A DNA stretch of 53,532 nucleotides, counting the filler, from Jimgerdemannia flammicorona (lineage: Eukaryota): assembly GCA_003990765.1 (NCBI GenBank). It is 2 parts of 2 records of this genome, joined end to end, with 100 filler letters (N's around TTAATTAATTAA, not from the genome) between each part and the next. Parts side by side here need not be neighbours in the genome. Positions count along the whole stretch, not along the records: positions 26,819 to 53,532 come from RBNJ01000701.1; 1 more part is not named here. One strand, written 5' to 3'. Below the pieces are notes generated by a model. It did no database searches. It was not told the origin of the DNA and saw nothing but the letters and a program-made list of their open reading frames with translations. Below, one piece after another: positions 51,739-53,532 of this stretch. Every line of letters starts with the position of its first letter. The stretch's first letter is position 1. The position numbers were made by a program, and so were the translations under genes.

Positions 51739-52282
51739 ACAGGAAGGGGGATTGGTACAGATGCCGGAACATTAGCTAGGGGAGTGTGAGGTGTTGGGAG
51801 ACTTTTGGCAGACTATTGGGGACCACTTGGGGGTAAGGCGTAGGGGTGATGATGTGCAGGAGAGGTGGGAGGACCTGAGGGATCGATTGATAGGAGGGGT
51901 AGGGGAAGAGTGGATTATGCTTGGCTGGGCATTGGCTATTTGGGTTGGGCTGGCTGGCCACTGGCTATTTGTATTTGAGGAGGAGGAGTGACAGAGCTTG
52001 GGGAGCCATTTAGCAAGGTGGCAGTTCCTTATGGAGGATATCTTGATAGGCTGGTGGCTTGGTTGGGGGCTGCAGGGGGATCGGAGGCGCCACTTGGTGG
52101 TGAAAATCTGTGATCAGAGTGGTGGGAGAATTGGAGTTGTTGGTGAGAGGGTGGTCTTTATACATGAAGAGGTGGGGTGGGGCCCCCCGATGGGGATCGG
52201 TTAGTGGGTGGTGATATTGTATACTTATTCATAGACTAGTAATAAAGATGGAGTCCAAGGGACTATAAAAAAAAAAAAAAAA
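51739..52282 (+). mobile_element. 5'-truncated LINE inserted in the chromovirus integrase
   Basis: Homologous to 26290-26718; AATAAA and poly(A); 14-bp TSD gggatagagtggag (51725-51738 and 52283-52296). Confidence 0.95.
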
Positions 52283-52977
52283 GGGATAGAGTGGAGTACC
52301 AGGTTTTGCTAGTATTGAGGACTTATTGTATTGGCAGATATCACAGGAAGTAATGTAGGTCTTTAGCTGATCTGCCATACAGGGCCAATAGAAGTTTTGG
52401 GAGATAACTTCATAGCATTTGTCAAATCCTAAATATCTGGTAATAGGGACATCATGATACTCAAATAGGATAGTCCTTTAGAGGTCTCAGTTGTTTGGGA
52501 TATACAGTCTGTCCTTATAGTAAATAGCATTGTCCTTGAGTTGATAATGATAATACTGGGTGTACTTGTCAGCATCATTACTATTCAGAATTTCTCAGAG
52601 TACTTGAGCTTCTTTATCATCAGCACATGCTGTGATAATTTGTTCCATGATAGAGTTTGTAACCAGAGTGAGAGTTTGGATAACTTCTTTGATTGGTGAT
52701 CTGGAGATTGCATCAGCAACAATATTTTCCTTGCCAGGGCAGTATTGGATTTTATAGTCAAAGTTAGTGAGGACTTTCATCCATCTGGCTTACTTTCGAG
52801 AAAGAGTAGCCTAGGTCTTGATGTTGACTAATGACTTGTGGTCAGTCAATATAGTGAAGTGTGCTCCTTTTAGGTATAGTCACCATTTGATCAGAGTATC
52901 TACAATGGCTAGCATTTCTTTCTTATGGATTGTGTAGTTGATTTCAACATTATTGAATTTACAAGAGTGATAGGTGA

Positions 52978-53532
52978 CCGCAACCCTTCCTCCGGTACAA
53001 TTCACGTTACACAAGACTTCAAGCAACAGTTTTTCGACACTACTAGAAGAAAAGGTACTATCAACATGTCTTCGAACAAGAGTTCCGACAGGTGTACTGG
53101 GTCGGGGGGAGCTGGGGCTTTCGGCTGGCAGGAGGTGGGGAGGGGTTTTGGCCTGGGGATGGGGGCCTTTGGAGGATCGAAGGGCGGGGTGGGCTCTGGA
53201 GGAGGACCGGTGTCAGGTGGTAACAGGGGAAGGGCTGGCCCCTCCAGCTTTGCTGACAAGGTGAAGGGGAGTGGATGGCCGGTTGGAGACAGAGCTGGAG
53301 ACAGGGCTGGTGCTGCTGTGGGGAAGGGCAAGGCGAGCCTGGGGAGGGGGGGTGGTCCTCAGGTTGGCGGTGTGAGCGTAGGGTCTGGAGGAGCTGTGGC
53401 TGGGGGTGGGACTGCTGATGGGGGTGTGACGGCGAATCTGGAAAAAAAAAGAGATGTGACGGCTGATGGCCAGGGGGGTCAGGGGTTCCCGATGCGGAAG
53501 GGGGACCTGGCGGATGGTGTGACGGGGCTGGC
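52978..53532 (+). mobile_element. 5' end of a young LINE (ORF1 start ~53066) inserted in the chromovirus RNase H
   Basis: ADGGVTANLEK...KGDLADGVTGL matches ORF1 at ~21400-21530; CpGs retained. Confidence 0.88.

Larger units (their letters stand above)
48097..52977 (-). mobile_element. Chromodomain-bearing Ty3/Gypsy (chromovirus): RNase H, integrase, chromodomain, PPT, 3' LTR
   Basis: KKEMLAIV (RH); SMDFI and FIGPF (IN); EEYEVEQIL...EYLVKWKGY at ~50710-50795; PPT aaaaaggggagagt abutting TGTAAG at 50195. Confidence 0.92.

Overview
Eukaryotic (fungal-type, possibly early-diverging Mucoromycota; inferred) genomic window. It is mostly nested transposon relics eroded by directional C>T/G>A mutation, around CpG-retaining islands. 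The gene island (26.8-39 kb) holds a head-to-head pair of intact Crinkler-type NTPase+REase nuclease genes lacking the usual secretion/Ubl header, a Thr-rich/Cys-rich pseudogene, a flavocytochrome c (fumarate reductase) pseudogene and an intact type-B carboxylesterase. Repeats include hAT MITEs and transposase relics, L1-like LINEs, five copies of a ~1.2 kb non-autonomous poly(A) retroposon and at least three Ty3/Gypsy families. Best finds, both obscured in the ORF track by mutation-induced stops: (1) a Gypsy polyprotein with a dUTPase fused in frame between the Gag zinc knuckle and the protease; (2) a chromovirus whose putative ~2.1 kb LTR contains two tandem ORFs joined by a TAATG stop-start overlap. 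All calls are from reading the sequence by eye; no searches were run.
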